Shown piece after piece: positions 63,971-64,000 of a stretch of 64,000 bases of DNA. Numbering within the stretch: position 1 is the stretch's first letter; each line of letters opens with the position of its first letter. The notes below the pieces were generated by a model, which saw nothing but the letters and a program-made list of their open reading frames with translations, was not told the DNA's origin and did not search any database. The position numbers were made by a program, and so were the translations under genes. Source of the DNA: Squalus acanthias (Eukaryota); contig CM059432.1 of assembly GCA_030390025.1 (NCBI GenBank), positions 23,190,001 to 23,254,000 on the forward strand, written 5' to 3'.

Positions 63971-64000
63971 GGTGAACGAGGACCTCCAGGACCTCAAGGT
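63971..64000 (+). CDS. COL22A1: Collagen exon, truncated by window end, GERGPPGPQG
   Basis: tttttag| followed by Gly-X-Y. Confidence 0.92.

Larger units (their letters stand above)
3270..64000 (+). other. COL22A1: Collagen XXII-like (FACIT family) gene, internal portion: 31 exons, ~564 aa; start and stop outside window
   Basis: All exons are phase 0 with AG acceptors and GT (one GC) donors; order, sizes, two G-X imperfections, 11-aa and 16-aa interruptions and a CxxC motif match my recollection of human COL22A1. Orthologue versus paralogue is unresolved. Confidence 0.72.

Overview
Eukaryotic, intron-rich DNA; the repeat content (CR1 LINEs, V-SINE, Deu-type SINEs, Penelope remnants) points to a cartilaginous fish (shark). 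The whole window lies inside one + strand collagen gene. I find 31 small exons (3270..64000, last one cut by the window edge), all phase 0 and mostly 54/45 nt, splicing to about 564 aa of Gly-X-Y with two non-collagenous interruptions. Exon sizes and motifs (GLPGEIGFPGKPG, DLCTSCPAGPPG, GADG, GKEG, GKDGKPG, GFKG) follow the middle of collagen XXII as I recall it, so this is COL22A1 or a divergent paralogue. Bases 1..3168 are the right-hand part of a decayed PIF/Harbinger transposon with a HARBI1-type transposase and a convergent three-exon Myb/SANT gene. Introns hold CR1/L2-group LINE ends, tRNA-derived SINEs, Harbinger-type and Tigger-type MITEs, solo LTRs and a minisatellite. I see no convincing new multi-gene system. 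The best leads are a decayed duplicate collagen exon ending in a stop, Penelope hammerhead-ribozyme-like motifs that are intact only antisense to the gene, three Gly substitutions in the helix, a GC-AG intron, and inverted repeat pairs bracketing in-frame exons. Human COL22A1 comparisons are from memory and repeat boundaries are approximate unless a TSD or TIR is quoted.
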